From: a virus
Taxonomy: Duplodnaviria; Caudoviricetes
Virus record (IMG/VR): IMGVR_UViG_3300011434_000011
Location: 1-41,805 of that record
Strand: one strand, 5' to 3'
Length of the DNA: 41,805 bases
Shown: in pieces, positions 41,654 to 41,805 of the stretch
Layout: each line of letters starts with the position of its first letter
How positions within the stretch are numbered: the first letter of the stretch is position 1
Translations under genes and position numbers: made by a program
Notes under the pieces: model-generated
The model's input: the letters and a program-made list of their open reading frames with translations, nothing else
The model's database searches: none
Told to the model about the DNA's origin: nothing

Positions 41654-41805
41654 TCCCCCACGTGCGACTTTGGACGATCAAGCTATCCGATGGGCGGCGC
41701 TATAACGTGCTCGCCCCTACTAAGCGGCTCGCGATCCTGAACCTTCGCGATCCAGCGAACCCCGGAACGTGGGGCACCATTGATTCAGTCTGGGCCGTGC
41801 GCGCC
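41650..41805 (+). CDS. hypothetical protein (3' truncated by window edge)
   Basis: GAGG RBS, ATGA overlap; MIPHVRLWTIKLSDGRRYNVLAPTKRLAIL... open to the end. Confidence 0.6.
   Translation, partial: MIPHVRLWTIKLSDGRRYNVLAPTKRLAILNLRDPANPGTWGTIDSVWAVRA

Noticed and set aside
41799-41805. Terminal 7-mer GCGCGCC identical to bases 1-7, suggesting circularity
   Set aside because: Too short and GC-only, so expected by chance. Joining the ends does not yield a plausible full GP88-like protein.
1-41805. tRNA genes, integrase/att sites, phage RNA polymerase, tape measure
   Set aside because: None recognised in the window, though a small missing segment could hide such genes.

Overview
The window is a near-complete, GC-rich tailed dsDNA phage genome with podovirus-like gene content. 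It has no integrase, RNA polymerase, tape-measure or sheath gene, and both ends cut through ORFs, so a small piece is missing. The + strand (41014 to end, then 1-17297) carries early and replication genes: GP88-like fragment, SprT-like protease, HTH protein, DUF6745 pair, AAA_25 helicase, Cas4-like nuclease, AEP primase, Sak4-like ATPase, probable SSB, dATP/dGTP diphosphohydrolase, HNH, a family A DNA polymerase split into UDG+3'-5' exonuclease and polymerase genes, a Tlde1/L,D-transpeptidase-like enzyme and a SAM methyltransferase. The - strand (40657 to 17326) carries terS, terL, portal, scaffold, SU10-type major capsid, adaptor, nozzle, tail fibre, ejection proteins and holin-like genes, interleaved with two glycosyltransferases, a DEDD exonuclease and a degenerate methyltransferase. 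The most unusual signal is about 17 translationally coupled 42-62 aa micro-ORFs, most not listed as such in the ORF track, scattered through the early/middle arm. They share an N-terminal H-[AGV]-x-x-A (relaxed x-A-x-x-A) motif and usually a later [ILM]-G motif, but are otherwise hypervariable and aromatic-rich. Two of them sit between the exonuclease and polymerase halves of the PolA gene. Also notable: four sigma-54-like -24/-12 elements in the divergent control region and an apparent overprinted gene inside the exonuclease after terL. All family assignments come from motif recognition by eye; no database searches were run.
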